A DNA stretch of 63,731 nucleotides, counting the filler, from Malassezia furfur (Eukaryota): the NCBI GenBank assembly GCA_052055015.1. It is 4 parts of 4 records of this genome, joined end to end, with 100 filler letters (N's around TTAATTAATTAA, not from the genome) between each part and the next. Parts side by side here need not be neighbours in the genome. Positions count along the whole stretch, not along the records: positions 1 to 15,894 come from JBQJIT010000257.1; 3 more parts are not named here. The stretch is one strand, 5' to 3'. Shown here piece by piece: positions 1-12,366 of the stretch (the first letter of the stretch is position 1; each line of letters starts with the position of its first letter). Under the pieces are notes generated by a model. That model ran no database searches and was not told the DNA's origin. It saw nothing but the letters and a program-made list of their open reading frames with translations. Made by a program: the position numbers and the translations under genes.

Positions 1-1
1 A

Positions 2-115
2 GCACCGCGCGGCGGCGGCTTTGGCGGTCGTGGCGGTGGCTTTGGTGGCCGCGGCGGCGGCGGCGGCGGCGGATTCCGCGGCGGCCGCGGTGGATTCCGT
101 GGTGGCCGGCAATAA
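2..115 (+). CDS. GAR1: C-terminal RGG/GAR tail (5'-truncated by window), probably H/ACA snoRNP protein Gar1
   Basis: Frame 2 reads APRGGGFGGRGGGFGGRGGGGGGGFRGGRGGFRGGRQ* (TAA 113-115); C-terminal RGGF repeats are typical of Gar1, though other RGG proteins are possible. Confidence 0.55.
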   Translation, partial: APRGGGFGGRGGGFGGRGGGGGGGFRGGRGGFRGGRQ

Positions 116-584
116 AGCAGAGCAGCGGTTTTTTCGGTCATCGGCGATCAAATCGCCACGTCGTGTACAATACCTGGATCGCGGATACCGTGATAGACTC
201 GAAAATGTTTGCTAGCATACGTGGGGAGACAAGACGTCCGTCAACGAGGCTCACCTACGAGGACGCCGGCGTCGGCGTCAGCCGCTTTGCGAGAGCTCTA
301 CGGAAATCGATGCGTGTGCAGCGCGGTGGCAGTCCTGCCGCCTGGCGATGGCGCATGTGCTCGCTCGAGCCCATAGCGCGAACGGTGCTGCCGTGCGGAC
401 GACGTGCACCGACGCACAGACGGCCCTCGGGTCGCCCACCAGCGCACGTGACGACCTACGAAGCCGTGCATTGCTACGCACACGGTCGCTGTGCACGGTC
501 GCGCGGCCCGCCAGCCAGCCGTGGTGAGCTTGGCATATGCACACTCCTGCGCCGGTGACGTTGAAGGAGGCCGCATTGCTGATG

Positions 585-943
585 CTTATCGCACGGACAA
601 GCGTATGCGGAGACCGTGGTCCTCCCGTACATCATGATTGGGCGCGTGCCCGCCTCGCGCCATGCCAAGCCAAGGTACCTGCCCCGCACCGTATCGCCCG
701 CGATGTCTTTTAGATGCCCGCGCACGCCCAGTCACACTCGCGCACCGGCTCCTCTTATCGCCTACGCACTGTACCTTCGAGTCGACATCTTATGTAATGC
801 ATCATAGCCGTCGAGATCGAGCCAATCGTGCGTTGCGTGTTGATGAACGCGAGTTTCTCGCTGCGCGCCGCCTGATAACCAGACGTCAGGCGGACGCGAT
901 TGCACAGGTCGCTTGAACAATCTGGGCAACGCGCAGTAGATAA
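585..943. promoter_or_regulatory. Cluster of four GATAA elements upstream of urea transporter (candidate AreA/Gln3-type nitrogen catabolite repression sites)
   Basis: CTTATC 585-590 and 754-759, TGATAA 873-878, AGATAA 938-943 in an otherwise GC-rich promoter. Confidence 0.5.
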
Positions 944-1010
944 CAAGGCACCCCCGAAGATGCGTCGGGGGTTGCGTCTTCCTTCTTCTCAGTGACCTCG
1001 TCTTCCAAGC

Positions 1011-3038
1011 ATGGCGGAATCTCCAGCGCAGGTGCTGGGCGTCGGCGTCGGATGGGCTGTCGTCGTCGGCCTTGGCTTCGCGTTTGCTGCCTTTATGATG
1101 GTGATTACCTACCTGCAGAACCGCTTTACGGACCACAGCACCAAGTCGCTCGAAGAGTTCAACAGCGCAAGTCGTTCGGTCAAGCCCGGCCTGATTGCCG
1201 CAGGCATTGTGTCCGCATGGACGTGGGCTGCGACGCTGCTGCAGAGCTCGGTGATGACCTACACGTACGGCGTTTCGGGCGCCTACTGGTATGCGGCCGG
1301 CGCCATGGTGCAGATCATGCTTTGTGCCATCATGGCGTGCAAGATCAAGACATGCGCTCCGTTCGTGTCCACCTTCCTGGAGGTGGTGCGCATTCGCTAC
1401 GGCAAAAAGGTACACTGTCTCTTTATCGCCTTTGCCCTCGTCACCAACCTGCTGGTCTCGTCACAACTCGTGTTGGGCGGCGCCGCGGTGGTCACTGAAC
1501 TCACTGGCCTCCATGTGCTGGCGGGCCTCTTTTTGATCCCGACAAGTGTCGCGGTGTACACGGTGACGGGAGGTCTGCGTGCGACCTTCATTGCCGACTA
1601 TTCGCACACCGTCGGCCTGTTTGTCGTGATCCTCTACTTCTTCTTCAACGTGTGGACAGGCAATGGCAAGATCGGCAGTCTCGAGCGCATGACCGAGCTG
1701 CTGACCAACGCCGTGGACCGCGGCCAAGGCGTGGACGGCAATGCCGGCGGCTCTTACCTCACGATGCGCTCCAAGGGCGGCCTCATCTTTGGTGTGATCA
1801 ACATCTGCGGCAACCTGGCCACCGTGTTCTGTGACCAGTCCTACCACCAGCGCTCCATTGCGTCGCTGCCCACCACCGCTGCACGCGGCTTCCTGCTGGG
1901 CGGCAGCGCGTGGTTCCCGATTCCCTTCTTGTTCGCGACGACCATGGGTCTGGCGGCGCGTGCACTGATTGGCGTCGACGCGAGCATGGCAAACCTCACG
2001 AGCGACCAGGTCACCGCAGGCCTCCCCGCGCCCTCGGTGGCTGTCGCGCTGTGCGGCAAGGGCGGTGCCGTGGCGGTGCTGATTCTGCTCTTCTTGGCCG
2101 TGACTTCGGCGACGTCGGCGCAGCAGATTGCCGTCTCCTCCGTGTTCACGTACGACATCTACAAGGTGTACCTGAAGCGCGACGCGGTCGGCAAGCACAT
2201 TCAACTCGTGTCGCATGGCGCGGTGTGTGTATGGGCGCTGATCATGGCCGTGTTTGGCCTGATTTGGCATTATGCGGGCATTTCGCTCGGCTGGCTATAC
2301 CTTATGATGGGCATCATCGTGTCCCCCGCCGTCTTCCCCATCTTTGGTACGCTCACGTGGAAGAAGACGAACCCGATGGGCTGCGTCGTGGGGATGATTA
2401 CCGGCCTGTGCCTCGGCATCCTCTCGTGGCTCGTCACGGCGTACGGCCTGTATAATGAGGTGACGGTCGCCACGACCAATGAGCAATATCCCACGCTGGC
2501 TGGCAATCTTGTCGCCATTTGCACCTCGACCATCATCACGGTCGTGTGGAGTCTGCTGCGCCCACAGAACTACACATTCGCCGAGACGCGCGCCTACAAT
2601 GCGCCCCCCGATGCACTGCTCGTCCCGGACCTGTCGCAGGAGGCGAAGGAGAAGCCGGTCGACGAAGAGGCCTCCTCCGACCTCGATACCATGGGCAAGG
2701 CGTACGTCGCTACCCCAACCTACTACCGCGACCCTGGCGAGGACAATATTGAGTACGTGCGCGCCGCGGGTCTGGACCCGGCTGAGGTGAATGCAACCGC
2801 GAAGCGCGTCATTGCCATCTCGGTCACAGCGTCACTCCTGCTCGTAATTGTTATTCCTGCCATTGCGACGTCGGCACGCATTTGGAAGCCAGCGGGCCTG
2901 GGTGCCTGGGTGTGGCTCGGCTTCCTGTGGCTGATTTGGAGCATTCTTGTGGTGGGTATCTTGCCGCTCTGGGAGGCACGCGCCGAGTTGGCCGTCGTGT
3001 TCAACGGCATGGTTCACTTCGGCAAGAAGGACGCGTGA
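1011..3038 (+). CDS. DUR3: Urea/polyamine active transporter (sodium:solute symporter family)
   Basis: 675 aa, many TM helices; motifs EEFNSASRSVKPGLIAAGIVSAWTWAATLLQSS, GGLRATFIADYSHT, GGSYLTMRS, ATVFCDQSYHQR characteristic of Dur3. Confidence 0.92.
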   Translation: MAESPAQVLGVGVGWAVVVGLGFAFAAFMMVITYLQNRFTDHSTKSLEEFNSASRSVKPGLIAAGIVSAWTWAATLLQSSVMTYTYGVSGAYWYAAGAMVQIMLCAIMACKIKTCAPFVSTFLEVVRIRYGKKVHCLFIAFALVTNLLVSSQLVLGGAAVVTELTGLHVLAGLFLIPTSVAVYTVTGGLRATFIADYSHTVGLFVVILYFFFNVWTGNGKIGSLERMTELLTNAVDRGQGVDGNAGGSYLTMRSKGGLIFGVINICGNLATVFCDQSYHQRSIASLPTTAARGFLLGGSAWFPIPFLFATTMGLAARALIGVDASMANLTSDQVTAGLPAPSVAVALCGKGGAVAVLILLFLAVTSATSAQQIAVSSVFTYDIYKVYLKRDAVGKHIQLVSHGAVCVWALIMAVFGLIWHYAGISLGWLYLMMGIIVSPAVFPIFGTLTWKKTNPMGCVVGMITGLCLGILSWLVTAYGLYNEVTVATTNEQYPTLAGNLVAICTSTIITVVWSLLRPQNYTFAETRAYNAPPDALLVPDLSQEAKEKPVDEEASSDLDTMGKAYVATPTYYRDPGEDNIEYVRAAGLDPAEVNATAKRVIAISVTASLLLVIVIPAIATSARIWKPAGLGAWVWLGFLWLIWSILVVGILPLWEARAELAVVFNGMVHFGKKDA

Positions 3039-3306
3039 TGTTCCCAGTTCTCTCTTTTTTCCCATTGTCTGTATTATAATCGTATTTTTTTTCTATAGGT
3101 ATCAAGTGAGCTCAAAGACCCGCGACTATCACTGCGTCCTGCTCGGACGACACAGGTTGGGGTAGGGCGACAGTCGCGCCCCCACGCGCGTTACGTGGAC
3201 CGTAAATGAATTCCGCGTAAGCGACCTGGGATGTAAATCAACCTACCACGTGCTACGCCGTTGGATCCGACCGGGGTAGGTCGACACAGCGCACGGGGAG
3301 AACGAC

Positions 3307-4228
3307 ATGACCTCGCTGTTCAGCTTTTCCGCACCAGTGGACATCGACGTGCGGCTAGAGGACGAGCATGATCGGAAACAGGTGGACGTAAAATTGGAAA
3401 ATCCTGCTAAAGAGACACTGCCTGTGTACTTTGATGGCGAGAGTGTTCAAGGCACCGTCGTGGTGCAGCCGCGTAATGCGAAGCGCCTGCAGCACGACGG
3501 GATCAAGATCGAGTTGATTGGGTGCATTGGTGCGTAGGCCTATCCTGACCACAGAGCTCTTCTTCGACCGTGGCAATCACTACGAGTTCCTCTCTCTGGT
3601 CCAAGAGCTGGCTGCGCCGGGTGAGATCCGCAACTCGGAGACGATCCCTTTTGAATTCAAAAATGTGGAAAAGATCCACGAAAGCTACAATGGCATCAAT
3701 GTCAAGCTGCGCTACTTCTTGCGTGTGACGATCGGTCGACGCATGTCCGATGTGGTCAAGGAGCGCGAGATTTGGGTCCACTCGTTCCGGCTCCCGCCCG
3801 ACTCGAACAACGCGATCAAGATGGAGGTGGGCATTGAGGATTGCCTGCATATCGAGTTCGAGTACAACAAGTCGAAATACCACCTGAAAGACGTGATTGT
3901 GGGCAAAATTTACTTCTTACTCGTACGTATCAAAATCAAGCACATGGAGCTGTCCGTCATCCGGAGGGAAACGACGGGAGCCGTTCCCAACCAATACAAC
4001 GAGTCCGAAACGATCACCAAGTTTGAGATCATGGACGGTGCGCCTGTGCGTGGCGAGACCATTCCGATTCGGCTGTTCCTGGGCGGATTCGATTTGACGC
4101 CGACGTTCCGCGACGTGAACAAAAAGTTCAGCACCCGCTACTACTTGAATCTGGTGCTGATCGACGAGGAGAACCGCCGCTACTTCAAGCAGCAAGAGAT
4201 CACCTTCTTCCGCATCCCCGAGAACTAG
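3307..4228 (+). CDS. VPS26: Retromer subunit Vps26 (intron 3530-3554, 25 nt)
   Basis: Splicing GTGCGT..CTGAC..CAG gives [45 protein letters not shown] and [19 protein letters not shown] are Vps26 signatures. Confidence 0.95.
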
Positions 4229-4268
4229 CGTTGTAGATACCGCCCGATCGTTGCCCGATCCCACCATC

Positions 4269-5096
4269 ATGCGTCTGCGTTGGGCCGCATGGGCCGCGTG
4301 CGGGGTGCTCGGTGTGTACGCCGAAGCGTGTGTGCTGCAGGTGCACAGGAAAGGCGCTGCACAAGCAAGCGTGGACGTCACGCCCCTGTTCCAGGACGGA
4401 CCGCTGACTGTCACGCACACGATCGACACACCGCCGAGCGTCACACACACCCAAATTCAGGTGGATCTGTGTGCGCCGCTGCCGCGCGACCCCAACACAG
4501 ACGCCAGCGACGCGTGCCCCGATGGCACAACTATCTGCAAGAAGGTGATCAACGAGAAACACGGCGACAAGCGGGTGACGCAAGTGGTTCCGGTCGCGAC
4601 GCGCGAAAAGGGTCTCTACGACATCCAGCGGGTGCACAACCGCAACCCGCATCGGTACTGGTTGTACTTTGTGGGCCCCAGCTATGCCGGTTCGAACCAG
4701 ACGGCAGTCATCCGTGTACTGTGCAGTCCTGAGCATACCAAGGCCGCGCTCGAGGTCGCCGAAATGCCGGATGACTCCGAGTTTCAATTGACGCTCAATC
4801 TGCGCGCGGCGGCCGTGTGTCGCGGGCGATACGGCCCCCCGTCGGCGACGCGCAGCTTCTTAACGAGCGTCAAACACGTCATCTCCTTCTTTTTCTGGGT
4901 CGGCGTTGCTGCGTTTGTGCTGTACTTGCTGGGCGGCATTTGGTCCAACTACACCTACTATGGTGCGCGTGGTTGGGACCTACTGCCCAACCGCGACTTT
5001 TGGCGCGAGACGCCGTACATGGTGCAGGACACGTTCCGGCATGTCATGCATGGGTCGAGCGCGCGTGAGACTCAGGGCGGTTATGACCCCCTCTAG
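4269..5096 (+). CDS. ATG27: Autophagy protein Atg27 / M6PR-like type I membrane protein
   Basis: Signal peptide MRLRWAAWAACGVLG, Cys-containing lumenal domain, one TM helix, GARGWDLLPNRDFW motif and C-terminal GGYDPL (YxxΦ) sorting motif. Confidence 0.8.
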   Translation: MRLRWAAWAACGVLGVYAEACVLQVHRKGAAQASVDVTPLFQDGPLTVTHTIDTPPSVTHTQIQVDLCAPLPRDPNTDASDACPDGTTICKKVINEKHGDKRVTQVVPVATREKGLYDIQRVHNRNPHRYWLYFVGPSYAGSNQTAVIRVLCSPEHTKAALEVAEMPDDSEFQLTLNLRAAAVCRGRYGPPSATRSFLTSVKHVISFFFWVGVAAFVLYLLGGIWSNYTYYGARGWDLLPNRDFWRETPYMVQDTFRHVMHGSSARETQGGYDPL

Positions 5097-7785
5097 GGCA
5101 TCTCGCCGAGCGCCTGCAGGAAGCGGCGTACGACCGACTGTCCGCGACTCAGGTTCACGAGACGGATGCGCTCGTTGGGCAGGTGGGCATGGTCGGAGGC
5201 CTGGCCCATGGGGAGGTGCACGGCCTGGGCGCCCAGTTCCTTTTCGAGTATGGCGATTCCTGGAATGGATCCGCCTTCGCGGATGTCGATGGGCTTTTCG
5301 CCCCACTCGGCCTCGACGGCGTCCGCGAGTGCGTCCCAATAGGGCAGCCCCACAGAGCGCTGCCACCAGTCGGCGCGGTGCACGACGTGCATTTCGATGT
5401 GGTTGGTAGATTGCAGTGCGGCAAAGTTGCGCTCGATCTCGGCGCGCAGCAGCGCTTCAATGCCTGCGAGGTTCTGGTCGGGCACGATTCGGATGCTCAG
5501 CGACGCCTCGACCGAGTTGGGGATCACGGTTGAGTGCCCCGGTCCGCTGGTCGACACGCGGTGCACGGTGAACGAGGGCCGGCGCCAGAGCGCCACGAGG
5601 CTCTCGGCCGTGGACGACGCGCCGAGGGCCTCGTGCACAATGCTTTCGTAGTACGCGCGCTCTTCTTGGCTGACGGGGCGCACCTCGTCGTAGAAGCCGG
5701 GCAGCGTCACGCGGCCGGCGGGATCCGTGAGCGTGGAAAGCAGCTTGATCATCTGGCGTCAGTGGCACCACCTACATCCATCATCGGCTCGCGGTCTGCG
5801 CCGCCGTCGACACCCGAGTGCCGGTCGGCATGGCGGCCCGAGATGCGCACCGTCGCCTGGATCACGCCACGTAGGCCGACGGTCAGGCATGGGCGCTGCT
5901 CGCCAAGCCAGTACGAGTTGCACACGAGGATCGTGTCCTAACGTTAGCTTCTGACACATACAATGGGGCCAATCAGGTGCTTGTAGACACGCAGGCAGCT
6001 CTCAAAGCCTTTGGAGCCGGTCTCTTGCTCGCCTTCGACGAGCATCACCACATCCACATCGAGTCGCTTCGAGTGCAGCAAGTCGCTGGCCGCACAGGCC
6101 ACCGCGAGCACGGGGCCCTTGTTGTCGCTTACGCCGCGCCCGTAGAGATAGCCGTTGCGCCCCGTCAGCGTCCACGGATGGCTTTCCCAGTCGCCGCTCG
6201 CAGGGATGCAGTCGTAGTGTCCGTAAAACAGGCACCGTCGCCGCGCCGGACGCGTCGCGCGGAACGTCGCCAGCACCATGGGATTGGCGCGCGCGCCGCC
6301 CGATACGAGCTGCACGTCGCTTGCGCCGAGCTCCATGAGCGTCGTCTTGAGAAAGTGCGCCGCCTGCCGAGAATCCTCCATGCTTTCTTCGTCCGTCAGT
6401 GCCGTGGGGCCTTGCGAAACACTCTTGTAGCGGACAAAGCGCGCAAGACGCTGTAGCAGCGTGGGCTGCTGCACGGGTGCCTGCGGCGTCGTGGGGGCCG
6501 ATACAGGCGGCGTAAAGGGCCACAGGCGCACACTGGCATCGGACGAGCCGGTGATGAGCTCGGCATCGTTTGCGAGCCACGCATACTGCTCCTCGCACCG
6601 TCGGCGCCCCTGGAACACGGCACAGGTCTGCACGATGTCGTCGTGCGCGAGCCAGCGCGCCGTGCACCGGAAGTAGCCGTCCCAACGGCACACGTGGCCG
6701 TCGGCGCTCCCGGAGAAAAACATGCGCTCCGCACTGGGCTCCACGAGCTGGAGGCACAGCACGTCGTCTGTGTGGCCCCGCAACGTGCGAATCAGCGTGC
6801 GGCTCTCAATGTCCCAGACGTCGATCGCGCCCCCCTGCTTGCCGACCAGCAGCGTATTCTCCCATGCCGCAAGCGACAGGATCGCATCTCCCGAGGGGGA
6901 AGGCAGCTGGAGTGTGTACTGCAGCTCGATCCCATCGGCACACAGCGACCACAGCCGGATGGTCTCGTCGCCCGCTCCACTGGCGAGCAGGGGTCCGTCG
7001 TGGTTCGTGACCACGGCGAGGCTGTACACGTAGCCAAAATGCGCAGACGGAATTGCACACGCCTTGCTGACGGCCAGTACCGACATTTGTTTGGGCGCAT
7101 GGACCGCCGGCGCGTCGTCCACCAGCTCGACCTGGCTCGTCGCCGAGTCTATTCGGTGCACAGCGGTGCGTCGGATAAGCTGCTCCGCGGTGCGGACCGC
7201 CAGCGGCAGTGCATCGGACGAGCCCTCCATCGCGCGCGACATGGAGTCGAAAAACTTGTGCGGGCGCGAATTGGGCACGTTGTGTAGCGGCTCTTGGAGC
7301 TTCTCGGGCGTAATGGAGATCCATTGAATCGAGGTATCTTGGCATCCCAGAAAGAGTGTTTGCACGGACGAGCACCAGGCCATCGCCAAGATGTCTCCGG
7401 TGTTGTCCGAAGCGGGGTAGATGAGCGCAATCGGGCGCAGATGGCGAACGTCCCATAGGCGGACAGTGCTGTCGGACGACGCACTAAACAGCCATCCCTC
7501 GTTCTCTGCAAACGCCAGTGCGAGCACACTGCGTGTGTGTCCCACGAGCTGGGCAAACGGCTGCTGCGTGACCAGATTCCACACGAAAATCGTGCCGGAT
7601 TGTGTCCCGGCAAACAGGAGGCCGCGCTCCTGGTCGACAGCGACGGCCAGCACCGAGGTATCATTGAACGTAACCGCGTGCGAAGGCTGCGACGTTTTCT
7701 CTGTAAAGAACGAAAAGTCCACTTCGGTCGTCTCGGGCGTAGGTCCACGCACCGGGTCCAACTGCGTCGCCGCGCCCCCCACCAT
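5093..7785 (-). CDS. DUG2: WD40 + M20 peptidase-domain protein of glutathione degradation (introns 5938-5961, 5753-5775)
   Basis: N-terminal WD40 repeats, then LFYGHYD, YLYGRGVSDNKGP, EGEQETGS; splicing restores GPI/DTILVCNSYWLG and HSGVDGGADREPMMD/MIKLL; ends REGGSIPG..AHLPNERI. Confidence 0.88.
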
Positions 7786-7899
7786 CCTGGTGCGCACGAA
7801 GCGTCGAAGACCGAGGCTGGATGTGGAGAAATTGGACACAATTGGCCTGCATACCTTTTTTCCCTCGCCGCGTGGGCACCTACCCACGTTTCCAGTCCG

Positions 7900-9246
7900 A
7901 TGCCGCCGCGAAAGGCGCCCGACGCCGGCGGACTCACGCCGTTGGAAAAACGTGCGCATGCTGCCGCTCTCGCTGCGCCTGAGCATACGCTCACCGGCGA
8001 AGACCTGGCGCTGCGACTAAGTGACGTGCCGATTGAAGAGCAACTGCTGGCCATCAACGGCCTGCTCAAAAAGAGCCTGTTCAATGCGCAAAAAGGACCG
8101 AATGGCATCCAGTATGTCGCGGTGTCCAAGGACGAAGCGAGCTTGTACGTTGCGTACCCATGCTGACCCAGGCTCGGGACGATGGATGCCAATGAGCTCA
8201 TCATCTACAACCACATCAAAGATGCCAAGAACGAAGGTACGTTGCGCAACTGACCCGCAGGCATCTGGACCAAAATGATCAAGGCGCGCACCAACTTGCA
8301 CCAGACCATCATGAACCGCTGCTTAAAGCTGCTGGAGCAGAAGCAGCTGGTCAAGGCCGTCAAGTCGGTCAAGTTTCCGACGCGCAAAATCTACATGTTG
8401 TACGATCTCACGCCCTCGATCGAGCTGTCCGGCGGGCCCTGGTACACAGACAATGAGCTGGACACAGGGTTCATCCACGAACTGTCTATGGCTTGCTTGC
8501 GTTTCATCCAGTCGAAATCGTGGCCAAAGGACGGGCGTTCCTCGGCTCTATACCCCTCTTCTCACACGGCGGAGCTACCAACGGCCTCGAGCGTGCACCG
8601 GTACTTGAAAGCGGCCAAGCTTACCGACACCGAACTGGAGCCGGAGCACGTCGTGGCGCTTCTCGACCTGCTCATCTACGACAACGAAATCGAGAAGATT
8701 CCTGTGTTGCCCGCGCAGACGGCGCGGCGCGGCAGTCAGGGAGCCGAGCGCCGGGATGCTGCGTCCGATTCAGAGGACTCGGATGCGTCGGTGGTGCACA
8801 GCAGTGCGCAACGGGGAAGCAGCAGGCACCGCAAGCACTTGCGCCGCGGCCGCCACGACAGCCGCTCACCCGACGACAGCGACGACAGTGCGAGCCACTC
8901 GGACTCATCGGCTGCACAAGAAGATACCAGGCGGCGCAAGCGTCAGAAACGCAAGGAACAGGCAATGGAGATCTCGAGTGACGACGAGAGCGCCGAAGAG
9001 CTGACGGCCAATTTGACGCATGTGCCGTACGTGTACCGCGCTATCAAGCGGATGTTGCCTCCGCATGGCGGTCATACGTCGAGCTACGTGCCTCTCACAT
9101 CAAACTGGCTACAAACCCCTGAAACGGTCGATCAATTCGGCGAGATGGCCGACAGTGCGGAGCTCTTTTTCCAAACCAACGCCGAGGCAAGCGAGCAGCT
9201 GCCTCCCGAAGATGGCGGCGTCGTCGTCAATGGAGAAGAGGCATAA
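7900..9246 (+). CDS. RPC34: RNA polymerase III subunit C34/RPC6 (introns 8145-8171, 8237-8260)
   Basis: Spliced reading NE/GIWTKMIKARTNLHQT...KAVKSVKFPTRKIYMLYDLTPSIELSGGPWYTDNELDTGFI. Confidence 0.9.
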
Positions 9247-9376
9247 TCGCTCTAGAAGAATCCGACATAGCGTTGCTCTTTTTCAATTGTATACCAAAAC
9301 GATTTCGGAAGGCACACTTGCAGAGGGTTAGGAGAAGCAAAAATGTGGAGGTACCTGAAGCGCGGCGCAAAAAGTG

Positions 9377-9481
9377 TGACAAGAGTGGGATTCGAACCCA
9401 CGCCCGAAGACAACGGAAGCTAGAAGCTCTTATATTAAGGAAACCTTAACGTTGCGCCTTAGACCACTCGGCCATCTTGCC
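9377..9481 (-). tRNA. tRNA-Leu(AAG) with ~27-nt intron (9417-9443)
   Basis: Minus strand GGCAAGA acceptor / TCTTGTC-A, D-arm TGGCCGAGTGGTCTAAGGC, anticodon stem CAACG/CGTTG with TT-AAG-G, T-arm GTGGG-TTCGAAT-CCCAC, downstream T-run Pol III terminator. Confidence 0.9.
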
Positions 9482-9532
9482 TTAAGACTGCTTTCCAGAG
9501 AAGCTATTGAGTACATAAGCGTGGACGATCCG

Positions 9533-12164
9533 TTAGGCGTCCCCCGAGTTTTTGCGCGAGCCGCTTTCGAGCGTGCGCATTTTCTTCTGGGCGTCCTTGA
9601 CAAACGTCCAGCGGGGCGAGATGTCCTTGCCATTGTCGTCGAGCGCCGCCCACCGGAACTTCTTTTGGAGGGTCATCGGGAAGAACTGGCCGATGTTCAT
9701 GACGTGCAAGTGCAGCTCCATCTTCTCGCTCGTGGCAGTCTGTGCTGCCTGTTCCTCCTTGGTTTCCGTCTTGACCTTGGTTTTCTTTTGCGGGGCTTCT
9801 TTCCGCAGGCGGTCGTCCCACTTTTTGAGCCAAGCGACGGTGATGCGAGGGTCGATGTAATTGATCTTGGACGTTCCCAGTGAGACGTCACTCGTGTTGT
9901 TCTTGTTGAGCATCTCCGCCTCTTGCTTCTTGATCGCCTCGTACTTGCTCAGAATGCGCCGTGCGGTGGACGGCACGTTGCAAGTGGCCGACTCGCTCTT
10001 GTTCGCCTTGCGCTCGCGCTCGAGGAGCTTGAGCTGCTCGTCGAGGTTCTTCAACTCGGCGTCGAGCTGCTCGCGTGTGGCGATCTTGACGGGCTTGGCA
10101 TCGGTGTCCTCGTCCTTGGCTTGGTTGTTCTTGCGCAGCTCTTCCTGGTACTTGCGCTCAGACTCTTGCCGCTCAAATGCCGTGACCATCCGTGCCTTTT
10201 TGTCGGCGATAAACTGTTCCTCGTGCTCTTGGATGCGCGCTTTGTCCAAGTCGGGCTCCTCGAGGATCAGGTTCCACTTTTTCGCAAAGTCGTAGTCCTT
10301 GGGCAGGTACTCCTTCTTGAGGTCCGCGGCCTTGTAGTGCGTGAGCAGCTTTTGACGCTCCTTGAAGATTTGGTAGCGCAGCGCAAAGATCTTGTCTTTG
10401 GAGCGGTCGAGCGCCTTGCTGAGCAGCACATGGTTCACCGTCTTTTGGTGGTTGCACAGGATGGCCACCTGCCGGTTCGCCTCATTGTACGCGATGCGCA
10501 GGTTGGCCGGCGTAATCTCACGCTCCTGTGGCGTGGGCCGCGCGTTGAGCCACTGCTCAGTCTGGTCCAAGAGGCCCTGGAAGGTAGCCGAGGCGTTGTA
10601 GGTACGGAACACTTTGGCGCTCAGCCCCTTCATGTACTTGCCCAGGAACTGGTTGACGGCGTCCGGCGAGAGCGGCGTCATTTTGCTGCTCTTCGCCTTG
10701 GGCGCTGCAAAAATGGGGTCTTCGGGGCCCTTGCGGACGTACTCGCCGTTCACCTTTGTGCCATCCGTCTTGAGGAACATGGTCATGTTCTTGAACACAT
10801 CCTTGTTGCCGATCGTTAACGTCTCCTCGAACTTCATCGAGTCTTTCCCGAGGAAGGACAGCTTGATCTGGTTCGGCATGATGAGCGTCGCATGGCCACA
10901 TCGCAGGGAACACACGCCGTACGTCTCTGCCTCGTCCTCGCCCTTTTCGTTGCCGGCACGCAGCGAGAAGTTGTCGATGAGCCAAACGATGGTGGCGACC
11001 ATGCGATCCAAGCGGTTCTTAGACGTGAGGTTCTTAAGCACGTCCGCCCGCACACGCTTCACACATTCGTCCAAGCGCCGCGCTTTTTCGAACTTTTCGC
11101 GATCCGACTCCGTCTTGAAGTTGCTCGAGGCGTCCAAGAAGACGTACTTGAAGCCACCGTTGATGTTCTCGCGCCACAACGCGAGCCACGTCACGTCCTT
11201 CTTCTCCACGACCTCGCCCCATTTGTGGCCGGCCGGCGGCGCAGGCGCAGGGTGGTCCGCGCTGTGGTTGATGGTGATCTGCTCAGGCATGATGCGTGCC
11301 TTGACGCGGCCCGCCTTGGGGTGTGCGCCGCGGCCCAAGAACAGGCCGGGTGGCTCGACGGTGACGTTGCCTGCCTTTTGCTCGATGCCGTCAACGATAC
11401 ACGTCTTGTACTCGTTCTCCACGGCCTTGCGCGCCGCAGTTTCCGCCTTGCGCGCGGAAGGTGCCATGCTTTTTTTGCGCTCGGCCTCGGCGTCCTTGAG
11501 CGACTTCCAGTAGTTGTACATGTCGCGGAAGTCGAGCTTGTCAAACTTTTTAATTTTGGTGCCATCGCGCTGCGGTCAGTGCACGGCGACGTACTGGAGG
11601 GAATTTTTTGAGACTCGCACAAAAGTCCTCAAAAAAGTTCTTGTTGAAGATGGGGTTCTGCGCGTGCTGCGTTTCGAGCTTCACCGCGTAAAACATCGCG
11701 ACCTCCTCCGACTCGGGCGGCAGGCTCACCGGGCGCCCATCGTACTTGAGCTTCACATCATCGGGCAGTGGCTTGTATGGCTCGGGGAACCGCGGGCCCT
11801 TGTGGATCAGCGTCGTCCACCGCTGCTCGCCGCCGCCCTCAATGTCCGACTTCGACTGGCTCTGACGTCCGGGGCGCTTGCGCTTCGGCCCGTCATCGTC
11901 ATCGTCCTCCCCGTCATCATCCTCGTCATCGTCATCCTCGTCATCGCTCTCCTCCTTCACGCCGTTCTGCAGCGGTGTGTCGGAGTCGTTGCCGTTCTGC
12001 TGCGATGCCATCGGCACGTCCGAATCCGAGTCGGAGTCGGTTTCTTCCTTCTTTACCTGCACGCGGAGCGGTACCTCGTCATCCGAGGACTCTTCTTTGT
12101 ACACAACCGTGCGCGCTCTCTTCGTGGGTCAGCGCGCGCCACCTACCTTGGCCGGGCCCGGCAT
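9533..12164 (-). CDS. TOP1: DNA topoisomerase I (type IB) (introns 12120-12146, 11570-11594)
   Basis: WTTLIHKGPRFPEPY, VEPPGLFLGRGAHPKAG, LRAGNEK, FLGKDS, AKVFRTYNAS, AILCNHQK, catalytic GTSKINYIDPR. Confidence 0.97.
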
Positions 12165-12366
12165 GCTGGCTGCCCTCTCAACCGTGCACGTCGGTCGCGT
12201 GGGAGCGTGGTGCGTCACGTGACACATCGCTCGGGCGTCGCACCGCTCTTTCCTTAGTGCAACGCGGTCGACGAGCAGTCCTCTTGCCCACGTCCCTTTG
12301 CCTCTGAATTGTTGTCTCTCCCCTTACTCGTGTGTATGCGCATTGTGTTGACCGCAGTCCACCAAG

